The notes: generated from the letters alone by a model not told the origin. Counted from the first letter of the stretch, positions 43,216 through 53,821 are shown. The stretch: DNA of 64,000 bases from an uncultured Pelagibacteraceae bacterium (GCA_902614655.1 CACMLX010000001.1:69127-133126); one strand, 5' to 3'. Numbers and translations: made by a program.

Positions 43216-43806
43216 ATGTTCTCAGGAATAATAGAAAATAGAGGAGTTGTAAGAGAATTCATAAAACTTAAAGATTATCGTCTTGTGCTTGATACAGATT
43301 TGAATTTTAAAGATATTAAAAAAGGAAGTTCTGTTTGTTGTAATGGTGTATGCCTAACCGTGACATCGAAGAAAAGACTTTCAAAAAAAACAAAACTTAG
43401 TTTCGATGTTTCAAATGAAACCGTTAGTTGTACAAATTTCAATCAAATTAAGATTGGTGATACGATAAATATTGAGAAGTCTCTTAGAGTTGGAGATGAG
43501 ATTAGTGGACACTTTGTTTTTGGGCATATAGATGAAACTGCTGTATTAGTATCACTAAAAAAAAGAGGCGGTTCTTATGAATTAAATTTCAAGATCCCAA
43601 AAAAACTTAGAAAATTTATTGCTAAAAAGGGTTCAGTTGCAATAAATGGAATATCTTTAACTGTAAATAAAATTAAACAAGACTACATTAGTCTCAACAT
43701 AATACCCTACACATGGAACAAAACTAACTTATGTAAATTAAGAGTAGGCGATAGAATAAACCTTGAAGTTGATATGTTGGCGAGATATGTTACGCAAAGT
43801 CGTTGA
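43216..43806 (+). CDS. ribE: riboflavin synthase alpha chain
   Basis: MFSGIIE N-terminus and two lumazine-binding repeats (NGVCLTV / NGISLTV); 196 aa. Confidence 0.93.
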   Translation: MFSGIIENRGVVREFIKLKDYRLVLDTDLNFKDIKKGSSVCCNGVCLTVTSKKRLSKKTKLSFDVSNETVSCTNFNQIKIGDTINIEKSLRVGDEISGHFVFGHIDETAVLVSLKKRGGSYELNFKIPKKLRKFIAKKGSVAINGISLTVNKIKQDYISLNIIPYTWNKTNLCKLRVGDRINLEVDMLARYVTQSR

Positions 43807-44939
43807 GTCATATTACTATGAATAATGAATTTATATCAACCATTGAGGAAATAATTGAAGATCAGAGATTAGGAAAAATGGTTATAATGGTCGATGACGA
43901 AGACCGTGAAAATGAAGGTGATTTAATTATCCCAGCTTCAAAAGTTAGCGATAAAGCAATAAATTTTATGGCAACATTTGGTAGGGGCTTGATTTGCTTA
44001 TCTTTAACTGAGGATCGTGTTAAAGAACTTGATCTGCCTCTTATGTCACAAAATAATGATGCACGTGACACAACTGCCTTTACAATATCTATCGAAGCAA
44101 AAGAAGGTGTTACTACAGGTATTTCTGCGCAAGACAGAGCTGTTACAATCCAAACTGCAATTGATCAAAAAAAATCTAAAGATGACATTATGAGTCCTGG
44201 ACATGTCTTCCCATTAGTTGCTAGAGACGGAGGTGTCTTAATTAGAGCTGGTCACACAGAAGCATCTGTCGATTTAGCTAGACTCAGCGGACACGTACCA
44301 GCAGGAGTGATTTGTGAAATTATGAATGATGACGGCACTATGGCAAGGGTGCCAGACCTTATAAAATTTTCAAAAAAACATAATATAAAAATTGGTCGAA
44401 TAGTAGACTTGATATCTCATCGAAGAGATAAGGATAAGTTTATTAGAAAATCTTATGATTCAGAAATAAAATTAGAGTCAGGAGGTAAATTTAATATTAA
44501 AATATATGAGTCTCTTTATGATGCCACTGAGCAAATTGTTCTGTCTAAAGGAATAATTGACGATGGCAATCCAATTATGGTCAGAGTGCATGTTACAGAC
44601 TACTTTGATAATTTATTTGGCAATTACGGCAGTGATGATGCCTCTTTACATAAAGCAATTAAGATAATTGAACGTGAAAATCGAGGTGTTATCATACTAA
44701 TTAGGGATACCGGGCAATCTATCATTAATAATTTAATTACTAATCAGTCAAACGTGGATAACAAAGGTCAGAACATAAGAGATGAACTTAGAATTTATGG
44801 AATGGGTGCACAAATTTTATCTGAAATTGGTGTAAAAAAAATGATACTACTTACGAATACTGAATGGAAGTTTGTTGGCCTTGATGCTTATAACATAGAG
44901 ATAATAGAGACTAAATTATTGAATAACATAGATGAATAA
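43803..44939 (+). CDS. ribB: 3,4-dihydroxy-2-butanone-4-phosphate synthase fused to a degenerate GTP cyclohydrolase II-like domain (RibBX-type)
   Basis: The N-terminal half has intact DHBPS motifs (DDEDRENEGDL, HTEASVDLARLSG). The C-terminal half aligns to RibA but reads RVHVTDYFDNLFGNYGSDDA where RibA has its zinc-binding cysteines. Start is TTG 43803 or ATG 43818. Confidence 0.85.
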   Translation: MSHITMNNEFISTIEEIIEDQRLGKMVIMVDDEDRENEGDLIIPASKVSDKAINFMATFGRGLICLSLTEDRVKELDLPLMSQNNDARDTTAFTISIEAKEGVTTGISAQDRAVTIQTAIDQKKSKDDIMSPGHVFPLVARDGGVLIRAGHTEASVDLARLSGHVPAGVICEIMNDDGTMARVPDLIKFSKKHNIKIGRIVDLISHRRDKDKFIRKSYDSEIKLESGGKFNIKIYESLYDATEQIVLSKGIIDDGNPIMVRVHVTDYFDNLFGNYGSDDASLHKAIKIIERENRGVIILIRDTGQSIINNLITNQSNVDNKGQNIRDELRIYGMGAQILSEIGVKKMILLTNTEWKFVGLDAYNIEIIETKLLNNIDE

Positions 44940-45345
44940 AAAATATAAATTTTTGATCGTAGCTTCAACTTTTTATCCAAAAATAACAAATGGACTTTTA
45001 AGCGGCGCAATAACTGAAATAGAAAAACATAAATTCAAATACGATGTATTTAAAGTGAATGGTTCATTAGAGATTCCTGTTCAGATTTCTATACTCCTGA
45101 AGAAAAAAAAATATGACGCGGTTATTGCAGTAGGCTGTATTATAAAAGGCAAAACTGATCATTATGAGTTTATTGCAAATGCAATAACAAAATCTCTTTT
45201 ATCAATATCTATTGATAAAAGAATACCGGTCTCAAATACTGTTCTTACCTGCACAACCCTTAAACAGGCATACGATAGATCTTCAAAAAAAATTAACAGG
45301 GCTAAGGAAGCAGTTCTGGCAGCTCTATCAGTTTTAAATAATTAA
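44932..45345 (+). CDS. ribH: 6,7-dimethyl-8-ribityllumazine synthase
   Basis: 137 aa with the lumazine synthase pattern (V.GS.E.P, GCIIKG.TDHYEF). Sits in the conserved rib operon position before nusB. Confidence 0.85.
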   Translation: MNKKYKFLIVASTFYPKITNGLLSGAITEIEKHKFKYDVFKVNGSLEIPVQISILLKKKKYDAVIAVGCIIKGKTDHYEFIANAITKSLLSISIDKRIPVSNTVLTCTTLKQAYDRSSKKINRAKEAVLAALSVLNN

Positions 45346-45351
45346 GTATTA

Positions 45352-45780
45352 ATGTCTGATATTAAATCATATCAGAGGCTTTTAGCTGTTCAGGCAGTTT
45401 ATGAGGCCTCTATTAATAAAAAAGTAGTTGATACCTCATTTGATGAATTGCTTATACATTTATTAGATAATGTTGATTTTAAAAATAAAATAAATGGTTC
45501 AAAACTTTTATTAACCAAGGAAATATATTTGGGTGTATTTTCTCATTTGAAAAGAATTGATGCAACATTAGAAGAATCACTTAATAACAAAAGTAAAATT
45601 AAATCTTTTGATAAGCTATTATTGTCTCTTTTTAGATGCGCAATATATGAGATACTAATGAAAAAGGAAATATCTAAAAAAATTGTTATTTCTGACTATT
45701 TATTGATATCCAACCATTTTTTTGGTAGGAAAGAAGCTTCACTATTAAATGGAGTGCTTGATAATATTAGAAAAATATAG
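45352..45780 (+). CDS. nusB: transcription antitermination factor NusB
   Basis: 142 aa, RLLAVQAVY N-terminus, conserved ribH-nusB adjacency. Confidence 0.85.
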   Translation: MSDIKSYQRLLAVQAVYEASINKKVVDTSFDELLIHLLDNVDFKNKINGSKLLLTKEIYLGVFSHLKRIDATLEESLNNKSKIKSFDKLLLSLFRCAIYEILMKKEISKKIVISDYLLISNHFFGRKEASLLNGVLDNIRKI

Positions 45781-45856
45781 AATAAAATAAAAGTTGCATA
45801 TTTTTGTAATTTTTGGCATTTTCACCTCCAGCCGCAAACAATTAAGGACATAAGAC

Positions 45857-47929
45857 ATGAGTATATTAAATCTAGTTATTTTCTCAGGAATATTATCTAT
45901 CATATATGGGTTTTGGGCCGGTAATTCGGTTTTAAAGTCAAATGCTGGAAGCGATAAAATGCAAGAAATCTCCTCAGCAATACAAATTGGTGCCCAAGCA
46001 TATCTTAACAGACAATATACTACTATTGCTATAGTTGGCCTCATAATTTGTGTTCTTTTATATTTATTTTTTAGAGATTTGTGGGTCGTAGGTGGATATT
46101 TAATTGGAGCAATACTATCGGGCGCAGCAGGTTATATAGGAATGATAATTTCTGTGAGAGCTAATGTAAGGACTGCTCAAGCTGCTAGTGAAAGCCTTGG
46201 CAAAGGGCTTAATATTGCATTTAAAGCAGGCGCAGTAACTGGTATGCTAGTTGCTGGTTTAGCACTTTTGTCAATATCAGTTTATTACGCAATTTTGGAC
46301 AGTTATTCTGTATCTGAGTCTACACTTAAACACGCATTGGTCGCCTTGGGTTTTGGAGCTTCGCTCATTTCTATATTTGCAAGATTGGGTGGTGGAATAT
46401 TTACTAAAGGAGCTGATGTTGGAGCTGATTTAGTTGGTAAAGTTGAAGCTGGTATCCCAGAGGATGACCCAAGAAATCCTGCAGTAATAGCTGACAATGT
46501 GGGAGACAATGTTGGGGACTGTGCTGGAATGGCCGCAGACTTATTTGAAACTTATGCGGTTACAATTGTAGCCACTATGGTTCTTGCGACTATTTTCTTT
46601 TCAGGTGATACCGCTTACATGATGACTATTTATCCAATGGCGATTGGCGGCAGTTGCTTGGTAGCATCAATAATTGGAACATTCTTTGTTAGACTTGGTT
46701 CATCTCAAAGTATAATGGGTGCATTATATAAAGGCTTTATTGCATCAGCTATATTGTCACTAATTTTTATTTACCCAGTAACACAAATAGTATTAGGTGA
46801 TATGAACAAGGAATTCACATTTGGTGATACTACATTTTCAGGTACTTCTCTATATATTTGCTCTATCATAGGTATTGTAATAACTGGACTTTTAATATGG
46901 ATTACAGAGTACTATACAGGAACAAATTATAGACCTGTTCAAAGTGTTGCAAAAGCATCGACAACTGGCCATGGCACAAATGTGATTCAGGGTCTAGCAG
47001 TTTCTATGGAAGCAACAGCCTTACCCGCATTAGTAATTGTAATTGGCATCGTGATGACATTTCAGTTAGCAGGTTTATTTGGTATAGCTATAGCAGTTAC
47101 TGCAATGCTAGCTCTCGCAGGAATGGTAGTGGCATTAGATGCTTATGGGCCAGTAACTGATAATGCAGGTGGAATTGCAGAGATGTCAAATCTAGATGAA
47201 AATGTCAGAAAGACTACCGATGCATTGGACGCTGTGGGAAATACAACCAAAGCAGTTACAAAAGGGTATGCAATAGGATCCGCAGGTTTGGGGGCTTTGG
47301 TCTTATTTGCTGCATATGTTGAAGATTTAAAATTGATAGAGTCATTAACCCCAAATTTTAGTCTCGAAAATCCTTATGTGGTTGTTGGATTACTAATTGG
47401 AGGATTGTTGCCATATCTTTTTGCATCAATGGGCATGATGGCAGTTGGAAGAGCAGGAGGAGCAGTAGTTGAAGAAGTCAGAAAACAATTCGCTGAAAAT
47501 CCTGGAATCATGTCTGGTGAGTCTAAGCCCGACTACTCTCGGTCAGTAGATATGCTTACTCGGTCAGCAATTAAAGAAATGATTATACCATCAATGCTTC
47601 CAGTTTTATCTCCAATTATACTGTTTTTAGTGGTTACGTTTGTTGCAGACCAAAATGCAGCTGTTTCATCAGTAGGTGCAATGTTATTAGGTGTCATTGT
47701 GACTGGAATTTTTGTTGCTATTTCTATGACAGCAGGGGGCGGTGCTTGGGATAATGCAAAAAAATATGTTGAAGATGGAAATTTTGGCGGTAAAGGATCT
47801 GAGGCTCACAAAGCTGCAGTAACTGGAGATACTGTTGGTGATCCATATAAGGATACAGCCGGACCTGCTGTAAATCCAATGATTAAAATTACAAACATAG
47901 TCGCTTTATTGCTGTTAGCGGCTTTGTAG
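45857..47929 (+). CDS. hppA: membrane-bound proton-translocating pyrophosphatase (K+-independent type)
   Basis: 690 aa with about 16 TM segments. Motifs [19 protein letters not shown] and [20 protein letters not shown] carries Lys/Thr at the positions associated with K+ independence in this family. Confidence 0.93.
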   Translation: MSILNLVIFSGILSIIYGFWAGNSVLKSNAGSDKMQEISSAIQIGAQAYLNRQYTTIAIVGLIICVLLYLFFRDLWVVGGYLIGAILSGAAGYIGMIISVRANVRTAQAASESLGKGLNIAFKAGAVTGMLVAGLALLSISVYYAILDSYSVSESTLKHALVALGFGASLISIFARLGGGIFTKGADVGADLVGKVEAGIPEDDPRNPAVIADNVGDNVGDCAGMAADLFETYAVTIVATMVLATIFFSGDTAYMMTIYPMAIGGSCLVASIIGTFFVRLGSSQSIMGALYKGFIASAILSLIFIYPVTQIVLGDMNKEFTFGDTTFSGTSLYICSIIGIVITGLLIWITEYYTGTNYRPVQSVAKASTTGHGTNVIQGLAVSMEATALPALVIVIGIVMTFQLAGLFGIAIAVTAMLALAGMVVALDAYGPVTDNAGGIAEMSNLDENVRKTTDALDAVGNTTKAVTKGYAIGSAGLGALVLFAAYVEDLKLIESLTPNFSLENPYVVVGLLIGGLLPYLFASMGMMAVGRAGGAVVEEVRKQFAENPGIMSGESKPDYSRSVDMLTRSAIKEMIIPSMLPVLSPIILFLVVTFVADQNAAVSSVGAMLLGVIVTGIFVAISMTAGGGAWDNAKKYVEDGNFGGKGSEAHKAAVTGDTVGDPYKDTAGPAVNPMIKITNIVALLLLAAL

Positions 47930-47930
47930 A

Positions 47931-48359
47931 TTATTGTCCTCTAGTAAAAGCATCATATAATTGATCCGTAATTCCGTAAGCATCTCTTCGGACTTTAGTT
48001 GTTTCTTTTGAAAATGCTATATTTACAAAATCCTCTTGAGATCTCGTCGTTTTTTCAATTAATAATCCGTTTTGGTCAAACTCAAATCTAAAAATACTTT
48101 GAAAAACAAGGTTATCGTCTTCAAAGACATTTTTTTCTTTAAGCGAAATTAAATATATCCAAATATCATTAATATCTTTAACTTCTATTGATGGAGATCC
48201 CATGGCTTTATAAATATCATTTTTTGTTGTGGTGTTTATGGTAAATTCGCTAATCTTATCTGAAGATATCACTATATCGTCTAATAAATAACCATGTTGC
48301 TTATTGATAGGAGAGCAACTATATAAAGATGTTAAAAATAAGAATAAAATTAACCTCAT
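47931..48359 (-). CDS. bamE: outer membrane protein assembly factor BamE (SmpA/OmlA lipoprotein)
   Basis: Lipoprotein signal with SLYSC lipobox-like cysteine, a SmpA/OmlA-like domain, and the alphaproteobacterial neighbourhood next to the cytochrome c chaperone gene and plsX. Confidence 0.7.
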   Translation of the reverse strand: MRLILFLFLTSLYSCSPINKQHGYLLDDIVISSDKISEFTINTTTKNDIYKAMGSPSIEVKDINDIWIYLISLKEKNVFEDDNLVFQSIFRFEFDQNGLLIEKTTRSQEDFVNIAFSKETTKVRRDAYGITDQLYDAFTRGQ

Positions 48360-48367
48360 AAAAATTT

Positions 48368-48898
48368 ATGATATTTAAAAAAATCAATAATTATAATATT
48401 GAAGAAACTTATCAGAATATTGTTAATATATCGAGATCTAAATTTTTTTATTTAGACCTTGAGTTGGATGATACTTTTGAAACTCGCTTCGATTTAATTA
48501 TTTTTCATGCATTTATCATATTTAATTATTATAAACAAAAAAAAATAAAATCTAACTTCCCCCAAAGTTTATTTGATTTCATGTTTAATGATTTTGAGAA
48601 TAATCTTAGAGAAATGGGGTTTGGAGATATTGCGGTTAATAAAAAAATGAAAATCTTTATAAAAGCTTTCTACGGAAGAATATCGCAATATAATGAAGGA
48701 ATTACTTATTTTAATGATCATCAAGATAAAACATTGCTTAGTAAAACAATCTTAAATAATATTTATAAAGGTAAAAAAGTGAAAGATAGCCATATTATTG
48801 ATTTTACAAATTATTTTATTAAAAATCTAAGTAATTTTTGTAACAAGACTGAAATACAGAATTATAATGATTGTTTTAGCTTTTTAAAATTTAATTAA
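48368..48898 (+). CDS. ubiquinol-cytochrome c chaperone (CBP3-like) domain protein
   Basis: Pattern DDTFETRFDLIIFH...LFDFMFNDFENNLREMGFGD..V.KKMK.....FYGR matches the Ubiq_cyt_C_chap family. Confidence 0.7.
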   Translation: MIFKKINNYNIEETYQNIVNISRSKFFYLDLELDDTFETRFDLIIFHAFIIFNYYKQKKIKSNFPQSLFDFMFNDFENNLREMGFGDIAVNKKMKIFIKAFYGRISQYNEGITYFNDHQDKTLLSKTILNNIYKGKKVKDSHIIDFTNYFIKNLSNFCNKTEIQNYNDCFSFLKFN

Positions 48899-48903
48899 TT
48901 ATC

Positions 48904-49938
48904 TTGGAAAAAAAATTTACATTGTCAGTTGATATGCTCGGAAGCGAAACTAAAGTTCAACATATTTTGCGTGGACTAGATCAATCATTAAAAAGAAATC
49001 TAAATTTTAATTTTTTATTATTTGGTCATGAAAAAAAAATAAAAAAACATATTTTAAAATTTAAGAGATTAAATGCATCTTCTGATATTATTTCATGTGA
49101 AGATTTTGTAAAAATGACAGATAAGCCCTCTGAGGTAATAAAATCAAAAGTTCAAACAAGCATGCTTCAAGCAATTGAGTCCGTTAGTAACAATATTTCA
49201 AATGCTGTTTTATCTTTTGGAAATACTGGAGCGCTTATGTCATTATCATTATTAAAAATAAAAACCCAAGATGATATTAAAAGACCTGCGATTGCATCCA
49301 TCTGGCCTAACTTAAAAGGAGAGTCTATAGTATTAGATCTTGGCGCTAATACAAAATTAGACGAACGTTATTTAGTTGAAAATGCTATACTCGGCTCTAG
49401 TTTGGCTTCAATATTATTTAAGATTAATAAACCTTCGATTGGATTACTAAACGTTGGAAAAGAAGACACTAAAGGACTTGAAACAATAAAAATTGCAGCC
49501 GATGAACTTAAGCGGTTAACTGAGAATTCAGTTTTAAATTATAAAGGATATGTTGAAGGTAATGATATCTCAATTGGGAAAACTAACGTAGTTGTCACAG
49601 ACGGTTTTACAGGCAATATAGCTTTAAAAACAGCTGAGGGTACCGCAAGGCTTTTTCAAAGCCACTTAAAGGACGCATATAAAAGTTCGTTAATTTCACA
49701 GATCGGATACTTTTTATCTTCAATATCAATGAAATCTGTGAAAGAAAGATTAGATCCACGAGTACACAATTGTGGTATATTGATGGGCCTTAACTCATTG
49801 GTCGTTAAATGTCATGGACAGTCAGAATATAAAGGTGTCTCTTATGCCTCTGACATTATATACTCGTTACTCTCTAATAACGTTAATGAGAGAATTAAGC
49901 AATATGTAAGGGAATTGAAGGATAAAGTTAATAATTAA
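48904..49938 (+). CDS. plsX: phosphate acyltransferase PlsX
   Basis: VDMLGSE, GNTGALM and DGFTGNIALKT motifs. Apparent TTG start. Confidence 0.92.
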   Translation: MEKKFTLSVDMLGSETKVQHILRGLDQSLKRNLNFNFLLFGHEKKIKKHILKFKRLNASSDIISCEDFVKMTDKPSEVIKSKVQTSMLQAIESVSNNISNAVLSFGNTGALMSLSLLKIKTQDDIKRPAIASIWPNLKGESIVLDLGANTKLDERYLVENAILGSSLASILFKINKPSIGLLNVGKEDTKGLETIKIAADELKRLTENSVLNYKGYVEGNDISIGKTNVVVTDGFTGNIALKTAEGTARLFQSHLKDAYKSSLISQIGYFLSSISMKSVKERLDPRVHNCGILMGLNSLVVKCHGQSEYKGVSYASDIIYSLLSNNVNERIKQYVRELKDKVNN

Positions 49939-49971
49939 TCCACGAATTATCAAAAATAAATAATTAATATA

Positions 49972-49999
49972 TTGTTATAACCTACTAATTTTATATAAT
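49972..49999 (+). promoter_or_regulatory. candidate promoter for ihfA
   Basis: TTGTTA (49972-49977), a 16-nt spacer, then TATAAT (49994-49999). The -10 hexamer ends only 6 nt before the ihfA ATG, which would imply a leaderless or near-leaderless transcript. It may be a chance match in AT-rich DNA. Confidence 0.3.
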
Positions 50000-50005
50000 T
50001 TTTTT

Positions 50006-50317
50006 ATGGATAAAACAACAACTAGATCAACTTTGAGTGAAGCAGTCTTTAAAAATGTTGGTTTATCGAGGAATGAGTCTGCCACACTAGTAGACTCGGT
50101 ATTTAATGAAATTTTAAAAAATCTTATAAATGGGAGCGATGTTAAAATTTCCTCTTTTGGTACTTTTGTTGTTCGACAAAAAAAAGAAAGAATTGGAAGA
50201 AACCCTAAAACTGGTGAAGAAGTTCCCATTACTGCTCGAAGTGTTGTTACCTTTAGAGCTTCAAATGTACTTAAATCAAAAGTTAATAATAAAAATAAAA
50301 TAAATTTTAAGGAATAA
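50006..50317 (+). CDS. ihfA: integration host factor alpha subunit
   Basis: HU/IHF fold with GFGTF-like [25 protein letters not shown] and an N-terminal TR..L pattern; 103 aa. Confidence 0.9.
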   Translation: MDKTTTRSTLSEAVFKNVGLSRNESATLVDSVFNEILKNLINGSDVKISSFGTFVVRQKKERIGRNPKTGEEVPITARSVVTFRASNVLKSKVNNKNKINFKE

Positions 50318-50324
50318 AAAGTTT

Positions 50325-50750
50325 ATGAATGTTAAATCACCTGAAGCTTTTAGGACTATAAGTGAAGTATCTAAGGATTTATCTCTTCCTCAGCATGTTT
50401 TAAGATTTTGGGAGACAAAATTTGTTCAAATCAAGCCGATTAAAAGAGGTGGGGGTAGAAGGTATTATAGGCCAGAGGATGTAATGTTACTAAGAGGTAT
50501 TAAAAACTTGCTTTATAACGACGGCTATACAATAAGAGGCGTTCAAAAAGTAATAAAGGAAAATGGCACTAAGCAACTATTAAATAAAAATGATGTAAGA
50601 AAATCCTTTACAGAAGAAAATATTAGTAATAATGAACAATCAACTGATACATTAATTTCACAGCATTCATTAACCGATACAAAAAGAAAAAAACTTATGA
50701 ATGTAATGAATGATTTGGTTCAATTAAGAAAAAAACTTGATCAAGAGTAA
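50325..50750 (+). CDS. MerR-family transcriptional regulator
   Basis: N-terminal [25 protein letters not shown] followed by RRYYRPEDV. Conserved placement downstream of ihfA in alphaproteobacteria. Confidence 0.85.
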   Translation: MNVKSPEAFRTISEVSKDLSLPQHVLRFWETKFVQIKPIKRGGGRRYYRPEDVMLLRGIKNLLYNDGYTIRGVQKVIKENGTKQLLNKNDVRKSFTEENISNNEQSTDTLISQHSLTDTKRKKLMNVMNDLVQLRKKLDQE

Positions 50751-50941
50751 TGGCAAAAAAATCAACAGTAAAGGTTAGGCTTGTTCCTGAGGAAAAAGTA
50801 GATAGCAGTTTTTATTATTATGCTAAAAAACCCACCTCTGGGTTAAAAGCTAAAGAAAAATTAAGAATGAAAAAATATAATCCAGCAACAAAAAAACATG
50901 AGTGGTTTGTAGAAAAAAAACTTCCACCTCATAGTAAATAG
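50750..50941 (+). CDS. rpmG: 50S ribosomal protein L33
   Basis: MAKK...VRLV...KLRMKKYNPATKKHEWFVEKKL matches the L33 pattern (KYDP..RKHV.F.E.K). No cysteines, so this is the C-minus form. The ATG shares one base with the MerR stop (TAATG). Confidence 0.85.
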   Translation: MAKKSTVKVRLVPEEKVDSSFYYYAKKPTSGLKAKEKLRMKKYNPATKKHEWFVEKKLPPHSK

Positions 50942-51235
50942 TTATTTTTTAAAATTTTTTTTTTCAAAATTAATAAAGTTCTTAATCATCGAAACCCAAA
51001 TATCACTGATTAACTTCGGACTTGCTCCAAGTCTTTTTGCTTGATATTCAACCTTCTTTTTTATTTGATTTATTCTTTTCAAATCAACGATCTCCGATCT
51101 TTTTGTTTTGAGACCAAGTGCTTTACTCACCAAGTGAGATCTTTTAACCATTAAAGGTAGTATTTTTGAGTCAATTTTATCAATGCGCTTTCGAATTTCT
51201 CTCATTTGAATGGAGTTATTTTTTTTTCTTATCAT
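50942..51235 (-). CDS. chorismate mutase (AroQ class)
   Basis: 97 aa with the pattern MREIRKRIDKIDSKILPLMVKR typical of AroQ helical-bundle mutases. Confidence 0.75.
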   Translation of the reverse strand: MIRKKNNSIQMREIRKRIDKIDSKILPLMVKRSHLVSKALGLKTKRSEIVDLKRINQIKKKVEYQAKRLGASPKLISDIWVSMIKNFINFEKKNFKK

Positions 51236-51426
51236 CTTTTTTTAAATGGTCTTAAAATATACATTGATGGAAAAACCCATAAAATACCCAAGATAAAATA
51301 AACAATAAATTCTATCATCCAATTATTAAAGTTGATTTTAATTAAAAAAGCCATAACTAATAAACAGTATAAAAACATCATTAGGATGAAAACAATAATA
51401 CTGAGCAATTTTTTTGTTTTTAGCAT
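51232..51426 (-). CDS. small two-TM membrane protein (DUF2842-like)
   Basis: 64 aa with two hydrophobic helices and a basic C-terminus. ATGA-type overlap with the chorismate mutase gene; divergent from ctaA. Confidence 0.5.
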   Translation of the reverse strand: MLKTKKLLSIIVFILMMFLYCLLVMAFLIKINFNNWMIEFIVYFILGILWVFPSMYILRPFKKR

Positions 51427-51450
51427 ATTAAATATTTAATAATTATAACT

Positions 51451-52488
51451 ATGAAAATCAATATCTTTTCTATATGGCTATTTTCTCTAACATTATCTAT
51501 TTGCGCAATAATTCTTATTGGTGGTTATACAAGGATTTCAGACTCGGGCCTATCTATAACTGAATGGCTTCCAATAACAGGAGTAATGTATCCAATTAGT
51601 GAAATTCAATGGCAGGTTGAATTCAGCAAATATCAAAAAATTGATGAATTTATGTTGGTAAATAGCACAATGTCTCTTAATGAGTTTAAATTCATATATT
51701 TCTGGGAGTGGTTTCACAGATTTTTTGCAAGATTAATTGGGATTTTATACTTAATTCCACTAATTTATTTACTAATAAAAAATAAAATAAATAAAAATTA
51801 CTTTATTAGAATATTCCTAATCGGTTTTTTCCTAGCAGTGCAGGCGATCATTGGATGGTATATGGTCAAAAGTGGTTTAGTTGGAAGGATCGATGTAAGT
51901 CAGTATCGTCTAGCCATGCATCTCAGTATGGCTTTTATCATATTAGGTATCACGTTTCAAACATTGTTAGATGTTAACATGAAAAACATAGACAATAATA
52001 ACTCTTACATAAAAACAAATAGCGAAACTTTATTTTTATTTTTATTCTTGTTAATTTTTCTACAAATTGCTTATGGGGCATTTGTCTCTGGTACTCATTC
52101 AGGATTATTATTTAATACGTGGCCAATGTATAACGGCAATATTTTTCCTTCGGTGGAAAATAATATAATAATAGGTTTTATAAATTTTTTTGAAACAGGT
52201 GAGTATATTATATTTGCTCACCGCACATTCGCAATTTTTCTTTTCTTATTAGTTTTATATATAAATCTTATTTTTTATAAAAAAAATAATGTTCTAAGAA
52301 AAAGTTATTTATTATTGATATTTAACTTAACATTTATATTACAGATTGTTCTTGGTGTTTTAATGACTTTTCAAAATATTCCATGGCATTTAGCACTTGC
52401 ACATCAAGGAAATGCAATAGTTCTATTTTTAATATCAATATCGATGTGGATGTTATGTAAAAAGTCTCATCAAATCAATGTGACTTGA
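51451..52488 (+). CDS. ctaA: heme A synthase (COX15/CtaA)
   Basis: 8-TM protein with conserved His-containing helices (EWFHRFFAR, AMHL, AHRTFA, LAHQG); 345 aa. Confidence 0.88.
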   Translation: MKINIFSIWLFSLTLSICAIILIGGYTRISDSGLSITEWLPITGVMYPISEIQWQVEFSKYQKIDEFMLVNSTMSLNEFKFIYFWEWFHRFFARLIGILYLIPLIYLLIKNKINKNYFIRIFLIGFFLAVQAIIGWYMVKSGLVGRIDVSQYRLAMHLSMAFIILGITFQTLLDVNMKNIDNNNSYIKTNSETLFLFLFLLIFLQIAYGAFVSGTHSGLLFNTWPMYNGNIFPSVENNIIIGFINFFETGEYIIFAHRTFAIFLFLLVLYINLIFYKKNNVLRKSYLLLIFNLTFILQIVLGVLMTFQNIPWHLALAHQGNAIVLFLISISMWMLCKKSHQINVT

Positions 52489-52507
52489 AGAGACTTTAAA
52501 TCTAAAT

Positions 52508-53821
52508 TTAAGCTGCGTCTAAAGCGTTTTTGAGGTCTTCGATAATATCGTCAATGTGCTCTATACCTATTGACAGTCTTACATAACTAGGGTTAACGCC
52601 CGCTGATTCCATATCCTCGTCTGATAACTGAGAGTGAGTTGTTGAGGCTGGATGTATTGCAAGGCTTCTCGCGTCACCGATGTTGGCGACATGATAGAAC
52701 ATATTTAGGCTATTTATAAATTTTTCCCCACTCGCTTTGCCTCCTTTGAGTTCGATTCCACATAAAGCACCGTGACCTCCTTTGAGGTACTTGTTGGCTC
52801 TTTCACCAGCTTCACCTTCATCAAGTCCAGCATATATTACTCTTGAAACCTTGTTATGATTAGAGAGATATTCAGCGACTTTTGCAGCATTAGAACAATG
52901 CTTTTCCATTCTCAATGATACTGTCTCTAATCCTTGAATTATCTGGAACGCACTTTGAGGTGGAAGTGCGGGACCTAAGTCTCTTAGTCCGACAAATCTA
53001 GCTCTTACAATATAAGCTATTGGGCCAACTGCTTTGGCAAATTCTGTCCATACCATTCCATGATAACTTGGGTCTGGATTATTTAACATAGGTTGTCTTT
53101 TTGGATCTTTAGCCCAATCAAACTTACCGCTATCAACAATTATTCCACCAATTGTTGTACCATGGCCACCAATGAACTTTGTAAGTGAATGCACAACAAT
53201 AGTAGCACCATGTTCAATAGGTTTGCAAATAACCGGTGCTGCAGTGTTATCAACAATAAGAGGTATGTTGTACTCATCCCCAATATCTGCAACTTCTCTA
53301 ATTGGAAAAACTTTGAGTTTTGGATTAGGTAAGGTTTCAGCATAATACGCACGCGTGTTATCATCTGTCATTTTTCGAAAGCTTTCAGGATCTGTAGGAT
53401 CAGCAAACCTAACTTCAATTCCTAAATCTTTCATTGTGTTAGCAAATAAATTCCATGTTCCACCATATAAATCTGTTGAACTAACAATATTATCGCCAGC
53501 TTTGACCAAGTTCTGAATACTCAACATAGAAGCTGATTGACCAGAACTAACACATAATGCTCCCACGCCACCTTCCATTGCTGCTACTCTTTTTTCAAGC
53601 ACGTCTACAGTAGGATTCATTATTCTTGTATAAATATTACCAAAATCTTTGGCTCCAAATAAGTTAGCTGCGTGTTCAGTGTTATGAAACTGATATGAAG
53701 TTGTTTGATAAATTGGAACAGCTACTGAAGTTGTAGAAGGGTCACTTCTGTAATCACCTCCATGTAATGCAATTGTTTCAGGGTTTACAGAATCTGCTGG
53801 ATTAAATTTATTTTTTGCCAT
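52508..53821 (-). CDS. metY: O-acetylhomoserine (thiol)-lyase / sulfhydrylase
   Basis: Cys/Met-metabolism PLP family, with the PLP-lysine region HSLTKFIGGHGT and N-terminal ETIALHGG. The start was chosen at ATG 53821 (MAKNKF), preceded by GAGG 8 nt upstream. The longer ORF to 53887 begins inside a leader hairpin. Confidence 0.92.
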   Translation of the reverse strand: MAKNKFNPADSVNPETIALHGGDYRSDPSTTSVAVPIYQTTSYQFHNTEHAANLFGAKDFGNIYTRIMNPTVDVLEKRVAAMEGGVGALCVSSGQSASMLSIQNLVKAGDNIVSSTDLYGGTWNLFANTMKDLGIEVRFADPTDPESFRKMTDDNTRAYYAETLPNPKLKVFPIREVADIGDEYNIPLIVDNTAAPVICKPIEHGATIVVHSLTKFIGGHGTTIGGIIVDSGKFDWAKDPKRQPMLNNPDPSYHGMVWTEFAKAVGPIAYIVRARFVGLRDLGPALPPQSAFQIIQGLETVSLRMEKHCSNAAKVAEYLSNHNKVSRVIYAGLDEGEAGERANKYLKGGHGALCGIELKGGKASGEKFINSLNMFYHVANIGDARSLAIHPASTTHSQLSDEDMESAGVNPSYVRLSIGIEHIDDIIEDLKNALDAA

